Below, piece by piece: positions 45,438-55,430 of a stretch of DNA of 64,000 bases. The first letter of the stretch is position 1, and every line of letters starts with the position of its first letter. The position numbers were made by a program, and so were the translations under genes. The notes below the pieces were generated by a model. The model was not told the origin of the DNA and did no database searches. It saw nothing but the letters and a program-made list of their open reading frames with translations. Location of the stretch: the IMG/VR virus record IMGVR_UViG_3300045988_084534, positions 32,001 through 96,000 of that record. One strand, given 5' to 3'. This DNA is from a virus.

Positions 45438-46490
45438 TTAAATTTTTACCCTACTTTCCCATAATTTCATTGCTTGCTTATATGGTATATCCATCATATT
45501 GCATTTATACATATTATATCCTTGATTATTATATACTATGCCGACTGAAAAATATGGCTTTAGCTTAGCCGCCAATTTCTTCATCTTAACCACAAAGAAC
45601 TTAAATTCATCATCACCTACTTGCTTATAGTCGCTATCCAGACATAATACCACATCATTCACACCTAGCTCTAGCAATAGCTGTATATGTTGTTTGCTTA
45701 TATTAGAGCCAAAGACGGCTAGAGCATTATACAAATTGTAGCTTGGCGCTTTTAGCACTGACTTTTCACTCTCAAATAGCACTACTTGATGTGATTTTTC
45801 AATAGCATCTTTATTTTGGTCATATCCATACATGACTTGTGACGTTGCCAGCTTTAGCACCTGTCCATCCAGCGTACATATTGGTCTATATTTGCCCTTA
45901 GCTACATCTTGTTCTCTTGTATATCTCCCTCTTACGCCTACTAGCTGTCCATTAAATAGGACAGGTATGGATATACACGCCTGACGCGCATACCAGCCTA
46001 TACCAAATTTATCAAGTATATCCGCTGAAATTCCATAATCCAGCCATTCTTGCGGATATAAATGGTCAAACAGAGATAATATGGACTTGTCATATGTCAA
46101 GAGCTTATCTGGCTCTGGCTCGGCATTAGGTAAAAATTGGCGCAATTCAGCCCAATTATCAAGTTGTTCATTTTGCTCTATTTGCCCTACTTGTAGATGC
46201 AGGACTGAGCAGATATATGACACAGCTTGATTGAAGTCAAGATGCTTGACGTGCTGAACTAGAGATATGACATCACCTGAAAAGCCGCAGCTCCAACAGT
46301 GGAATGAGCCAGATTCCATATAATACCATAATTTGGGTTTATGCTTATCCCAATCAGAACCCCAATGACAAATTGAGCCGAATATCAGATTATTGCTATC
46401 AGCCTTCATCAATGGCGCACCCATAGCATCCATTAGCTCTATAATGCGGTCTTCAGTTAGTTGCGATTTGAGAGATGTGATGTCAATCAT
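45438..46490 (-). CDS. DnaG-like DNA primase (CHC2 zinc finger + TOPRIM)
   Basis: 350 aa. 'CHWGSDWDKHKPKLWYYMESGSFHCWSCGFSGDVISLV', and TOPRIM 'VVLFESEKSVL' / 'VVLCLDSDY'. Confidence 0.75.
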   Translation of the reverse strand: MIDITSLKSQLTEDRIIELMDAMGAPLMKADSNNLIFGSICHWGSDWDKHKPKLWYYMESGSFHCWSCGFSGDVISLVQHVKHLDFNQAVSYICSVLHLQVGQIEQNEQLDNWAELRQFLPNAEPEPDKLLTYDKSILSLFDHLYPQEWLDYGISADILDKFGIGWYARQACISIPVLFNGQLVGVRGRYTREQDVAKGKYRPICTLDGQVLKLATSQVMYGYDQNKDAIEKSHQVVLFESEKSVLKAPSYNLYNALAVFGSNISKQHIQLLLELGVNDVVLCLDSDYKQVGDDEFKFFVVKMKKLAAKLKPYFSVGIVYNNQGYNMYKCNMMDIPYKQAMKLWESRVKI

Positions 46491-46756
46491 ATTTCATAGG
46501 GTTCACTTTCCCATCTAGCACCACAGGTGTAGCAACTGTAACAATCCACTTGCATATAGCGAAATTTGAACGAACCCTCTGCATAATTCCTACAAGTCAA
46601 AGCCTCGGATAATCCTTTATTTAGAATTCCCTCTTTGAAATATTCAAGAAAGTTTTTTGTTTCCCCACAGCAGGGACAAACATCACAACCCACATTAGCT
46701 AATTTCTTTCTTTGAGCATCATTTAGAGCGTCGTAATTGCTTCTAGTAATTTTCAT
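46487..46756 (-). CDS. Cys-rich zinc-binding protein
   Basis: 89 aa, with 'CDVCPCCG' and 'CYSCYTCG'. Confidence 0.5.
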   Translation of the reverse strand: MKITRSNYDALNDAQRKKLANVGCDVCPCCGETKNFLEYFKEGILNKGLSEALTCRNYAEGSFKFRYMQVDCYSCYTCGARWESEPYEI

Positions 46757-46965
46757 TTATGTCTCCTTTTGACAATGATTGGAATTTCTCCTCGTCTATC
46801 TTTCCATTCCCAATAATAATCACTGTCATTTATAGTGGCGACAAGAAAATCCATAGCATCTGCAAGTTCACCGGCATAGCAATAGTATGCTCCACCATAA
46901 TCTCCTCCATGTTGAACGGCAGCTTCAATAACGTTGTTTAATGCTTTAAGTTGTTTATCGTTCAT
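46753..46965 (-). CDS. hypothetical protein
   Basis: 70-aa ORF with overlapping start and stop. Confidence 0.5.
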   Translation of the reverse strand: MNDKQLKALNNVIEAAVQHGGDYGGAYYCYAGELADAMDFLVATINDSDYYWEWKDRRGEIPIIVKRRHK

Positions 46966-47161
46966 TTATATTCTCCTTATACCACAATACAATTTCCTCT
47001 GGCACATATCTCTGTACCACTTTAACAAACGGCGCTTCATCATCGTGTAGTCCAATCACAATATCGTAGTCTTGATAATATGGCACATCAGCCAATAGTT
47101 TAGCTGCATTTACGGCAATATCCTGTGCACATAGTTGTAACTTTTTTACTCTATCAATCAT
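46955..47161 (-). CDS. hypothetical protein
   Basis: 68-aa ORF. Confidence 0.5.
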   Translation of the reverse strand: MIDRVKKLQLCAQDIAVNAAKLLADVPYYQDYDIVIGLHDDEAPFVKVVQRYVPEEIVLWYKENINER

Positions 47162-48630
47162 TTAGCATACACCAACCTTGTTCTTTGAAGATTATAGGGA
47201 TTATCAAATTTTGTGGTTACAAAACAATCCTTTGTTCGACCTGTATTCAAATCAAGATGAAAATATATCTTAATTCCTTGTTCAACTTGTGAAAAGCGCA
47301 TTTTATAGACGGATAAGCACCTGTTTGGCTTTACCTTATCAGGATATTTTTCCATCATCATATCAGCTATCTCTTGCTCTTTACGGCGCAATGGCATGAT
47401 TACGCCAGCCACATCAGCCTTGTTTTGAATGGCTCTTGAACCAGCCGCAACGCCACTATCCATAATCTCCTGCGTCATAGCATTAGCGTTTACCTGAGTA
47501 AATGTCAAGACGGCTATATTATATTCAACAGCTAAATCCTTGAGCTTGCTTGCTATACCAGATAGCACCTGATCTGAACGAGTAGATACACCATTCTTTT
47601 TAGCTAAGTCGCTTGATACAGATGAGGATTCAACGATATAATCATAACATAGAAAGCCTACTTGCTTATTGACTACATAATCCTTTACATAGGATTCAAT
47701 TAGGTCAACAGTATAATTAGGCATTGTAACAATATATAGCTTAGATTCATGCAGAATTTTAATAGCCTCATCTACACGTTCTTCTTCGCCTTCCTCGTAC
47801 CGCCCATTTAGGATGCTAAAGCATGGTACGCCGCTAATTGTAGCCACAATCTTAGGCGTAATTTCAGTATCACCAGCCATCTCAAATTGGAGATATAGAC
47901 CAGCCTTATGCTGATAGCATGGATTATCTACATATTGCTCCTTATCTATATCATAGATTCTAGGACAGCATACTTGCACAAGATTGGCTAAGCCAAGAGT
48001 TGACTTGCCTACGCCTGAGCCGACTGAATAAATAGATAGTTGCCCCGGAATCCAGCCTCTAGCCGCTGTGTTTAGATATTCACTAAAGGTTGTTGCGCCA
48101 AATAGCGGTTCTGCCTTGAAGCCCTCTTTAACTGCCTCAAATCCATCACCGGCTTTTAGTTCATCTATATCTTTGTCTTTATAGAATTGCTTCTTTATAG
48201 CTATCTGCTGTGCATCAAAATATTGTACTATATCTTCTATGTTTGCTTTATCATCTTGCTCAAATTTGTCTACGTTGTAGCCAGCCGTCTTATATGAACG
48301 GAGTAACGTTGCGCGGCGTACATTGTTGTAATAGACCTCAAAATTACCTACATTAGCAAGTTGCTTGACTGTATCAATGAAATCGTCTAGCTGATTTAGC
48401 TTGAATATATCCTCTACTTGCTTATTGTTCTTACATAGTATATAGAGGTCTAGTGCAGATATAGATTCAGCTCCACGTTTAGCTAAAGCAACACAACCCT
48501 GCCACAATCTGAGATGAAAATCGACCGTGAAATCATCTCTGCTTAGGGGGTACTTATCAGAAATAGCAAGAGAGGGCTTGATTAGCAAACAACCCAATAG
48601 CAACCTAACAGAATTTTGGTCATAGAGCAA
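47158..48630 (-). CDS. DnaB-like replicative helicase
   Basis: 490 aa. TTG start after GGAGGA. Walker A 'SVGSGVGKSTLGL' and the RecA-like C-terminal domain 'CYDYIVES...LTFTQVN'. Confidence 0.7.
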   Translation of the reverse strand: MLYDQNSVRLLLGCLLIKPSLAISDKYPLSRDDFTVDFHLRLWQGCVALAKRGAESISALDLYILCKNNKQVEDIFKLNQLDDFIDTVKQLANVGNFEVYYNNVRRATLLRSYKTAGYNVDKFEQDDKANIEDIVQYFDAQQIAIKKQFYKDKDIDELKAGDGFEAVKEGFKAEPLFGATTFSEYLNTAARGWIPGQLSIYSVGSGVGKSTLGLANLVQVCCPRIYDIDKEQYVDNPCYQHKAGLYLQFEMAGDTEITPKIVATISGVPCFSILNGRYEEGEEERVDEAIKILHESKLYIVTMPNYTVDLIESYVKDYVVNKQVGFLCYDYIVESSSVSSDLAKKNGVSTRSDQVLSGIASKLKDLAVEYNIAVLTFTQVNANAMTQEIMDSGVAAGSRAIQNKADVAGVIMPLRRKEQEIADMMMEKYPDKVKPNRCLSVYKMRFSQVEQGIKIYFHLDLNTGRTKDCFVTTKFDNPYNLQRTRLVYAK

Positions 48631-48693
48631 TGATTATTCCTCCACTATACCTTTGATTTCTTTTACCTTTTCAATATATTCTTTGAAGCTAAA

Positions 48694-48999
48694 TCATTTA
48701 TCTTTCATTAGATGTCCAACTTTATCAATCGTGTTGTGATCATCTATATGGACTCGCACATATTTACCCTTTAGGTCTTCCCATTTATCAACCTCAAGCG
48801 TTTTCATCAACTCAATAATAGCACCATATCCATCAGATGAACCGTAATGTCCAGCTTCATTACACCAATGGTCAAGGCAGTAACCACCCATACCACCACC
48901 CCAACCAGCACCTTCAACAAAAATATAGGCCGTTAGACAGCCATGATCTTCACCTAATTTAGTATCTGTAATTTTAGCATTTAGCGTTTCGTTTCTCAT
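48694..48999 (-). CDS. hypothetical protein
   Basis: 101 aa, with Gly/Trp-rich 'GAGWGGGMGGYCLDHW'. Confidence 0.5.
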   Translation of the reverse strand: MRNETLNAKITDTKLGEDHGCLTAYIFVEGAGWGGGMGGYCLDHWCNEAGHYGSSDGYGAIIELMKTLEVDKWEDLKGKYVRVHIDDHNTIDKVGHLMKDK

Positions 49000-49005
49000 A
49001 CTACC

Positions 49006-49110
49006 TTATTCCTCCTTGCTTAATACGTCTAATTCACAGAATGTGCCTTGCCAATGCGGGCAATCTGTATCAGGAGCGGTGCATTTAGCACCATCTTTAT
49101 ATGGACACAT
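49006..49110 (-). CDS. small Cys-rich protein
   Basis: The ATG at 49110 (TAATATG arrangement with the upstream stop) gives 'MCPYKDGAKCTAPDTDCPHWQGTFCELD...'. The longer ORF-track start would overlap the upstream gene. Confidence 0.35.
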   Translation of the reverse strand: MCPYKDGAKCTAPDTDCPHWQGTFCELDVLSKEE

Positions 49111-49111
49111 A

Positions 49112-49375
49112 TTAACTATACACCTCATCAAAATATATCCACTGCCCACATTCATGACAGTATCTAAAATCAGAGTTGATTGGCTCTCCACAAGCAGGAC
49201 AACGACCCTCCCAATTATGAAAATCAGCCCAATATGTTTTTTCTGCCTTTCGCGGTATCTGTTTCTTCAGCGCTTTAATAATGGTATCCATATACGGCTC
49301 AATATCGCCTGTATCAAGCATACCGCTTGTTAAAGCATCAAGAGCTTCATCGTATTCATTGACATATTGTTTCAT
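49112..49375 (-). CDS. zinc-ribbon protein
   Basis: 87 aa, with 'CPACGEP...CHECGQ'. Confidence 0.5.
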   Translation of the reverse strand: MKQYVNEYDEALDALTSGMLDTGDIEPYMDTIIKALKKQIPRKAEKTYWADFHNWEGRCPACGEPINSDFRYCHECGQWIYFDEVYS

Positions 49376-49869
49376 AATCTAGCATTCTCCGGCAGTTTAA
49401 TTCTAATCCAGCAATCAGAGCTATCTACAAGCCGCTCTTCACCCGTGTCACTATCTACCCATTCATGTTCATCACAACGATATTCGCACATATGGCATAG
49501 CGGATATAGATATTCTCCATCTTCTGTGCAATGTGCAACCAATACTTCTTCAAAATCATTTGGCAGTTCGTCGTTTAATACTTTATTCCATTTCATTATT
49601 TCTGGTTCCTCCTTATCAATATTATCCCAATCAATCATCTGTCCACAACTGTGGCAATATGTATCCTTAATCCTACCATAATCATGCTCTATGCCCATAT
49701 CGCAATTAGGACAGGCCCATCCCTCTGCATCTTCTTCTTTACGATAATAGGGTTTATCTGGTAACTGCTTATTAAGGGCATCTACGATAGCACAAAGCAC
49801 CTCTGGATCAGATTCATACATGATATTTGAGAACACCCATCTTAGTGCCTCATTATAATCATATTCCAT
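49372..49869 (-). CDS. zinc-ribbon + DUF551-like fusion protein
   Basis: 165 aa. 'CPNCDMG...CHSCGQ' followed by 'IMKWNKVLNDELP...WIRIKLPEN'. Confidence 0.5.
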   Translation of the reverse strand: MEYDYNEALRWVFSNIMYESDPEVLCAIVDALNKQLPDKPYYRKEEDAEGWACPNCDMGIEHDYGRIKDTYCHSCGQMIDWDNIDKEEPEIMKWNKVLNDELPNDFEEVLVAHCTEDGEYLYPLCHMCEYRCDEHEWVDSDTGEERLVDSSDCWIRIKLPENARL

Positions 49870-49872
49870 TTC

Positions 49873-50094
49873 TTATTCCTCCGGCAATTCAATATATGCC
49901 CAACGGTCAATATCTGATGCGCCAATATATTCTGTCCCGCCATCATAATATTCCCAGCATCCGTTTTCACTATATTTCATAACATAAACAAAATTTTCGT
50001 TGTATTGGTCATAATAATTTGGCATCGCAACAAACACAGGTTTTTTAATTGGAGGCAATTCGTCACTCACTTTATGCCATTTCATCATCATCAA
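49873..50094 (-). CDS. DUF551-like protein
   Basis: 73 aa: 'MKWHKVSDELPP...RWAYIELPEE'. Confidence 0.55.
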   Translation of the reverse strand: MMMMKWHKVSDELPPIKKPVFVAMPNYYDQYNENFVYVMKYSENGCWEYYDGGTEYIGASDIDRWAYIELPEE

Positions 50095-50347
50095 TCTCCT
50101 TCACAACCATATTATCTTTATCAACTCTAAAGTCAGCAACTCTAAAACAATGAAAATCAGAGCAACATCCACAGCCATCAGCTATTTTTTGATGCTCTTG
50201 GTCATCATGTAATCCACACCCAACTAGCCCACTACAAACAATATCTCCGTCTTTATTAAAGAAAAATTCATGATGGGCATACATACAGAAATCACAACAA
50301 GCAAATTTTAGACATTCTTCAGAGCATCCAATCATTTTATGCTTCAT
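50072..50347 (-). CDS. Cys/His-rich protein
   Basis: 91 aa with 13 Cys. Confidence 0.5.
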   Translation of the reverse strand: MKHKMIGCSEECLKFACCDFCMYAHHEFFFNKDGDIVCSGLVGCGLHDDQEHQKIADGCGCCSDFHCFRVADFRVDKDNMVVKEIDDDEMA

Positions 50348-50826
50348 CCAAATACATCCTCCTCATCATTTCTTTTCACAATCGTCTCAATCCCATCTTC
50401 AGCTTGCCATTGCTGTATATTTTGTCTTACCTGATTTAGCCAAGTATAATATTTTTTACATTCATCGTATTTATACTTGACTAGTCCGAGCGGCGATTTA
50501 GATATATCCAATCCTTGCTCTTTATTGATATATCTGATAGTATAAGCAATGCCTCCATATGTCATATCAGGGTTATCGCTCATTAGCTTCGCAAGTTGTA
50601 TGCCTACAAGTCGCATATTGGCATCAGGGGCGATTTGGTGTATATAATCCAGCAATTTGCGCCTATCATCTTTTGATTCTGTCTTTGGCTTGGCAGTATG
50701 AGCATTGATATAATCCTGCTTACATTGCTCACAGCAAAAATAGAATTTAGGCTTATATTCGATTGCATTTTGTTTTGGCGTTGATTTACCACATTGACGG
50801 CATTTAATTGTAGGTGGCTTTCTCAT
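50344..50826 (-). CDS. hypothetical protein with N-terminal zinc ribbon
   Basis: 160 aa, with 'CRQCGKS...CCEQC'. Confidence 0.5.
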   Translation of the reverse strand: MRKPPTIKCRQCGKSTPKQNAIEYKPKFYFCCEQCKQDYINAHTAKPKTESKDDRRKLLDYIHQIAPDANMRLVGIQLAKLMSDNPDMTYGGIAYTIRYINKEQGLDISKSPLGLVKYKYDECKKYYTWLNQVRQNIQQWQAEDGIETIVKRNDEEDVFG

Positions 50827-50975
50827 TCGCTCACCACTCTTGCCGCGTCTACTCTAAGGTCAATACGACGAGCTTTAGCAATCGCCTCATCAAAAGAATC
50901 GGCTTCAACGTAAATGTACGTTTTCTTATTGCCATTGATATAGTCATAATACCACGCTTCCCATTTCATCATCAT
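50823..50975 (-). CDS. small hypothetical protein (not in ORF track)
   Basis: Reads 'MMMKWEAWYYDYINGNKKTYIYVEADSFDEAIAKARRIDLRVDAARVVSE'. GGAGG lies upstream, the promoter is at 51000-51028, and the stop overlaps the next start (ATGA). Confidence 0.45.
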   Translation of the reverse strand: MMMKWEAWYYDYINGNKKTYIYVEADSFDEAIAKARRIDLRVDAARVVSE

Positions 50976-50999
50976 TACCTCCATCTCTTTGATAATCTA

Positions 51000-51028
51000 A
51001 GTATAGCATATATTGATTGATTTGTCAA
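51000..51028 (-). promoter_or_regulatory. sigmaA-type promoter
   Basis: Minus strand: TTGACA-17 nt-(TGc)TATACT. Confidence 0.6.
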
Positions 51029-51654
51029 GAGGAAATTATCTCATATTCTAACATCCACTTATCAATTTCTTCTTGACTCATAGCCGCATCTGTTCTCTTA
51101 CAATCAACCACGCTAAGACCGCTAGGATGCGTTATGACTCGATTTTGCTCTATGCTATATCCTACATCATATTCAAGCCGCAATCGGCATATACAGCCCT
51201 CACAGCCGTCAGGACGCTTGATATTGAATACCCTAGGCGAATCGCCGCATATATTTAAGAACCGGCTCGAATCAATCCATTGTCCATCCATTTCTATGTT
51301 CATGCTATCAGGCGCATTATCTTCAACGATACGGCAATATTGTACATTATAATACAATGATTTTTTCCATTCATTGATATTGCCTGATACCAATAGCCTA
51401 GTAGGCATATCAGATTTTTTCATTGTATAATAATGTTTGTTTTTGACATATATATAGCTGTCTATTCGTGGATGGATATATTGCACCATATTGAGTAATG
51501 ATTTGATTTGCGCCTCATTCCATTTGCGACTCAATGTTTGGCTCATGGTAAGGCATTGATTATTGGTGATGACGCTGAATCTGGTTTTCATATGGGTCTG
51601 ATATAGGTCAATTCGCAGCTCTTGCAGTTGAGCTACACATAGAAATCTATTCAA
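51025..51654 (-). CDS. hypothetical protein
   Basis: 209 aa. TTG start after GAGGTGA. Confidence 0.5.
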   Translation of the reverse strand: MNRFLCVAQLQELRIDLYQTHMKTRFSVITNNQCLTMSQTLSRKWNEAQIKSLLNMVQYIHPRIDSYIYVKNKHYYTMKKSDMPTRLLVSGNINEWKKSLYYNVQYCRIVEDNAPDSMNIEMDGQWIDSSRFLNICGDSPRVFNIKRPDGCEGCICRLRLEYDVGYSIEQNRVITHPSGLSVVDCKRTDAAMSQEEIDKWMLEYEIISS

Positions 51655-51673
51655 GCATCATCACCTCACAGAT

Positions 51674-51702
51674 ATTATATAATAAAAAGGCGGGATTGTC
51701 AA
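51674..51702 (-). promoter_or_regulatory. consensus sigmaA-type promoter
   Basis: Minus strand: TTGACA-17 nt-TATAAT. Confidence 0.6.
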
Positions 51703-51713
51703 GCCCCGCCTTT
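51684..51713 (-). terminator. rho-independent terminator after the SSB-like gene
   Basis: Minus strand: AAAGGCGGG-gcttgacaat-CCCGCCTTT followed by TT. The loop contains the -35 box of the next promoter. Confidence 0.6.
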
Positions 51714-51720
51714 AATATTT

Positions 51721-52353
51721 TTATAGATTGAATGGATTATCGTCAGAATCATCCCACGGATTTTCTGATTCAGCAGGAGTTGGCGTATCAGTAGGCGTTG
51801 TATTGAATACATCACCAAAATCAGGAATTGGGTCATTGGCAGGAGCGGTTGTTGTTTTGGTGGTGGTTAGTCTCTTAATCTCTCTGATTGTGAAATCACC
51901 ACTACGAATCTTGTCTGCACTGTGGAACATATCTGGCTTGCAACTAACGGCAACCTTACCATTCTGTCCTACAAATTCCTCCTCACGGAATGTTGCACCA
52001 ACCAGCTTCTTTACAAACTGCTGTTCATGCTCCTCATCCCAAACAAATCCCTTGTTACTATTCTGAACAGCGGTTACAAACTGCTTAAAGAATGGAAGGG
52101 CGCGTTCGTTATTTTCATCATAGGACTTAGAGAATCTGCCGCCCCACTTTTTATTCTCGTTTGTGTTTGACTTATACCGCTCATTATAATAATCCTTATA
52201 TTCGCCCTCTGCGATGTCATAGTAGAAATCTAGCCGGTTATACTCAGGCACATCGACAACCTCCAAGATGCGAAGGACGTAGCCTCCGACTGGCAGTCTC
52301 TTATAACTACCGCTTCCTGCTTCCTTAACCTTACTTAGATCAACTTTCTTCAT
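51721..52353 (-). CDS. SSB-like protein (DUF669-type) with acidic C-terminal tip
   Basis: 210 aa. The N-terminal pattern 'YKRLPVGGYVLRILEV' is DUF669-like. The C-terminal 'WDDSDDNPFNL' resembles the SSB protein-interaction tail. It lies next to the Sak4-like ATPase. Confidence 0.5.
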   Translation of the reverse strand: MKKVDLSKVKEAGSGSYKRLPVGGYVLRILEVVDVPEYNRLDFYYDIAEGEYKDYYNERYKSNTNENKKWGGRFSKSYDENNERALPFFKQFVTAVQNSNKGFVWDEEHEQQFVKKLVGATFREEEFVGQNGKVAVSCKPDMFHSADKIRSGDFTIREIKRLTTTKTTTAPANDPIPDFGDVFNTTPTDTPTPAESENPWDDSDDNPFNL

Positions 52354-52421
52354 AATTCTTTACCTTTCTGAAATTTAATGAATTTTATTTATATCTTACT
52401 CAGCTTTTTTAGCTGTAGTAA

Positions 52422-53054
52422 TTAGAAATCTTTCAGCGCATCAATGACCAGTATAATGTCATTAGGAATTTCATCCTTTTCAAACGCGCCTCTTGGTGTC
52501 TTAGCGGTGCTATTCTTGGCTCTTGTTTCAAACACATATTCGCCATTCTCATTGATTCGAGATAGTAGCACAGTGGTCATCTTGCTCTCAAGACAAATCT
52601 TGTTGAGCTTGCGCCCATTAGTAAGCATACAGGTAAATCCGTCATCACTGGTCTGAGTATGACCAATGAGAATCACAGTCAGATCGTCACGCATCTTATT
52701 AGAGAAATCAACAATGCTATATACGCTCTGTGCTAAGTCCATCCATTTGTCATATGCCTTTTCCTTGGCTCGGCGCATCTCATCTGCTACCATACATCCA
52801 TTTAATGTATCAATCACAAGATACTTAATCTGCTTCTGCTTATCATTGATTTGCTGCATCAGACTATAAATAGAATTGGGGTCATCACATACAAAATAGT
52901 TCTTATTTGCCTTATTGTACTGATTACGCCATCCTTTCCAACTTAGTCCCTTACCATCCGCATCAATATAGAATGTCAGCTTTGGGTCAAGATGTTCTAG
53001 GCTAGTTGTCTTACCAGAACCGCTTGCTCCAAGAATCATAATTGCCTTACTCAT
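52422..53054 (-). CDS. Sak4-like RecA-family ATPase (AAA_24-type)
   Basis: 210 aa. Walker A 'ILGASGSGKTTS' and Walker B 'LVIDTLN'. Confidence 0.55.
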   Translation of the reverse strand: MSKAIMILGASGSGKTTSLEHLDPKLTFYIDADGKGLSWKGWRNQYNKANKNYFVCDDPNSIYSLMQQINDKQKQIKYLVIDTLNGCMVADEMRRAKEKAYDKWMDLAQSVYSIVDFSNKMRDDLTVILIGHTQTSDDGFTCMLTNGRKLNKICLESKMTTVLLSRINENGEYVFETRAKNSTAKTPRGAFEKDEIPNDIILVIDALKDF

Positions 53055-53062
53055 TTACTTAC

Positions 53063-53263
53063 TTAATCCTCCTCTAATTTTACACAATATTCTGATTCAT
53101 AAAATATACAATCTTCACAATTAAATGTATTGTAGCAACACTCTTTGCAATTCTTTGGCACATCATATCCCATATCACTATACCAATCATATTGACTATC
53201 AAGCGCAATCGGGCAATGCCCGGTCACACATTCATTTGCACAGAATCCTTTACATTTCTTCAT
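53063..53263 (-). CDS. Cys-rich small protein
   Basis: 66 aa with 11 Cys. Confidence 0.45.
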   Translation of the reverse strand: MKKCKGFCANECVTGHCPIALDSQYDWYSDMGYDVPKNCKECCYNTFNCEDCIFYESEYCVKLEED

Positions 53264-54711
53264 GCTTCTTCCACACTTTCATCTCCTGATACGTTTCAGA
53301 TAATGTCACCCATTCGCCATTTTCGTCTTTTTTCATTTTGTTTTTCTCTTGCAATACTACCCTTGCTACATCACCCTTTTGTAATTGATGGTTCGTCCAG
53401 AATTTCTTACTAGCTCTATATGTGCGTTCTGCCCCATAACAAATATTGTATAGTGTGCAATAAACCGTACCGTATCCTGTTGTCTTGACATCTAGCACTA
53501 ACCAGTCATTAGAGTCTGAATTGGGGTCACTGCAATCTACATATCCTAATAGCTCAATCTGCCATTTCAGCTTATCAGCAATAGTTGTCTTAGGCATTTT
53601 CATTGAGCGCAGGATTGATAAGATGATGCCGCGATTATCAAGCTGACTAGCTGTTTTCTCTGTTAGCTTACCAGTATACGGCGTAAGCATATCTACATTA
53701 TAACCCATTTTAGCCCATTTGTCAAGTTTAATTGTCTTACATTTTGAAAAATTTTTATATATATCAATGCCAATTAGCAATGCTTTAGCAGAACCATAGC
53801 AATCAAGATAGCCCAACTTAATCAATTTATCAAGTTGCGAATAACCGCATTTTAGATTGGGCAAATCATCAAGTAAATCGAGGAATGATGGATATGGCTT
53901 TTCTTTACCAATCAATTCTATCTCATTCTTGATTTCGTTATCTACACCCTTGATTTCATTCTTAACCTTAGATTGACCTCTGCCTGTTAAGAAATCGTTA
54001 AGACGCTTATTGGCTTCATCAATATAATATTGCTTATCAAGATAATCTGGTACTTTTACGCCTATGACGTTCTCGTTATAGATAAAGCATCTATCAGCAG
54101 TTCCAGCCATCTTTTCAGGATTGCCACCATCTTTTACCTTGAATACACCAGCATCCGATTCTCTTGTAGATGCAAATACGCGTAATACGCGCTCTCTTAA
54201 AACCGTGTCGCCGTGCATAGAATGGACATATGAACCGCCTATTTTGACAATCTTCTGAAATTCAATCAGGTCATTACAGTTGTTGATTGTATCTTCAATG
54301 GGTGTACCTGAGATGAAATAAGAATTGAGGGCTTTGTTAAGAATAGGCAGGTCATAATCAACCTTGCTCAATTTCTTTACATACGCGCCTTTGCTTTTCG
54401 GACCATCCTCTTCAACTAAGATATAGTTATTTACATCCTTTTGCCAGATAGCTGAAGCATAATCAAATTCAAGAGATAGCCGCACCCTCTTTTCCCAATC
54501 GTGCATGATTTGCTCAACAATCGGTTCATTTGCTTCATCCTCAAAATAGACATATACACCATCTGTGTTAGACTGAATCAATTTACAGTATGGCTCAATT
54601 TTCTCAATCAAGTCAAGCAACAATAGCTGACCTGTTACACAGACACACCGGCACATTCTTGGATCGTATAGTGGATTGTGTTCATCACCAGATGCCCCGT
54701 AAGTCGAATTT
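53250..54711 (-). CDS. family B DNA polymerase, exon 2
   Basis: Begins (L)NSTYGASGDEHNPLYD, completing motif B 'K...NS.YG'. Contains 'IQSNTDGVYV' (motif C-like). An upstream in-frame TAA lies 2 codons before the junction. Confidence 0.8.
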
Positions 54712-54817
54712 CCTTAATACCCATGATTTACCATTTACATGAGAGTAGACTATATCATCAAGTTCACCGCTTCCATCGTCGTGCCAATAGACGATGTACT
54801 CCCGTAAGGGATAGTCG

Positions 54818-55321
54818 TTACACTTTATTCTTATAGTAATCGGCGCATTTTCTTTGGGTTTTATTTTTCTGTTGCTCTTGAATGGTTATCCACCTGCAAT
54901 TATCAGGTTCATAATTTCCATCATTGTTTATTCTATCTATGGTTAATCCTTCACGATAACCAGATATTCTTGACCACTCGTAGAAATTTTCAAATTTATA
55001 CCATTCTTTACAAATTGAAATTCCTCTACCGCCATATCTTTGATAATGTTTGTCATTTGGATTATTTACTCTATTTTTCATAGATGCCCAAACATGATAT
55101 AGCTTGGTTTTAGATTGATTATGAGTAATAATGGCGTGATCAAATTGCAAGCAACCGCAACTTTTAACAGTTCCATTTTTAAGACAATCTGATCTAACTT
55201 TACATTTATTACCACATTCGCATACACAGTTCCAGTAACTATGCTTTTTATCCATATGCGAAAAATCTTGTACTGTCAATCTTCCAAAAACCTGTCCAGA
55301 AATATCAATTCGTTTCCCCAA
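54818..55321 (-). CDS. intron-encoded HNH homing endonuclease
   Basis: 167 aa. 'YHVWASMKNRVNNPNDKHYQRYGGRGISICKEW' and 'GLTIDRINNDGNYEPDNCRWIT' are typical of phage HNH homing endonucleases. TTG start. Confidence 0.7.
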   Translation of the reverse strand: MGKRIDISGQVFGRLTVQDFSHMDKKHSYWNCVCECGNKCKVRSDCLKNGTVKSCGCLQFDHAIITHNQSKTKLYHVWASMKNRVNNPNDKHYQRYGGRGISICKEWYKFENFYEWSRISGYREGLTIDRINNDGNYEPDNCRWITIQEQQKNKTQRKCADYYKNKV

Positions 55322-55401
55322 AACATTTACACCGACTTTCCAAAAATCTTAGCACGGGATTGCCCTAAAATAGTGGAGGGTGTTCCCCGTTAGCACTTAT
55401 T

Positions 55402-55430
55402 ATTATATCACATTTTCAATAAAATGTCAA
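55402..55430 (-). promoter_or_regulatory. consensus sigmaA-type promoter inside the polB intron
   Basis: Minus strand: TTGACA-17 nt-(TGa)TATAAT, ~80 nt upstream of the HNH ORF. Confidence 0.6.
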
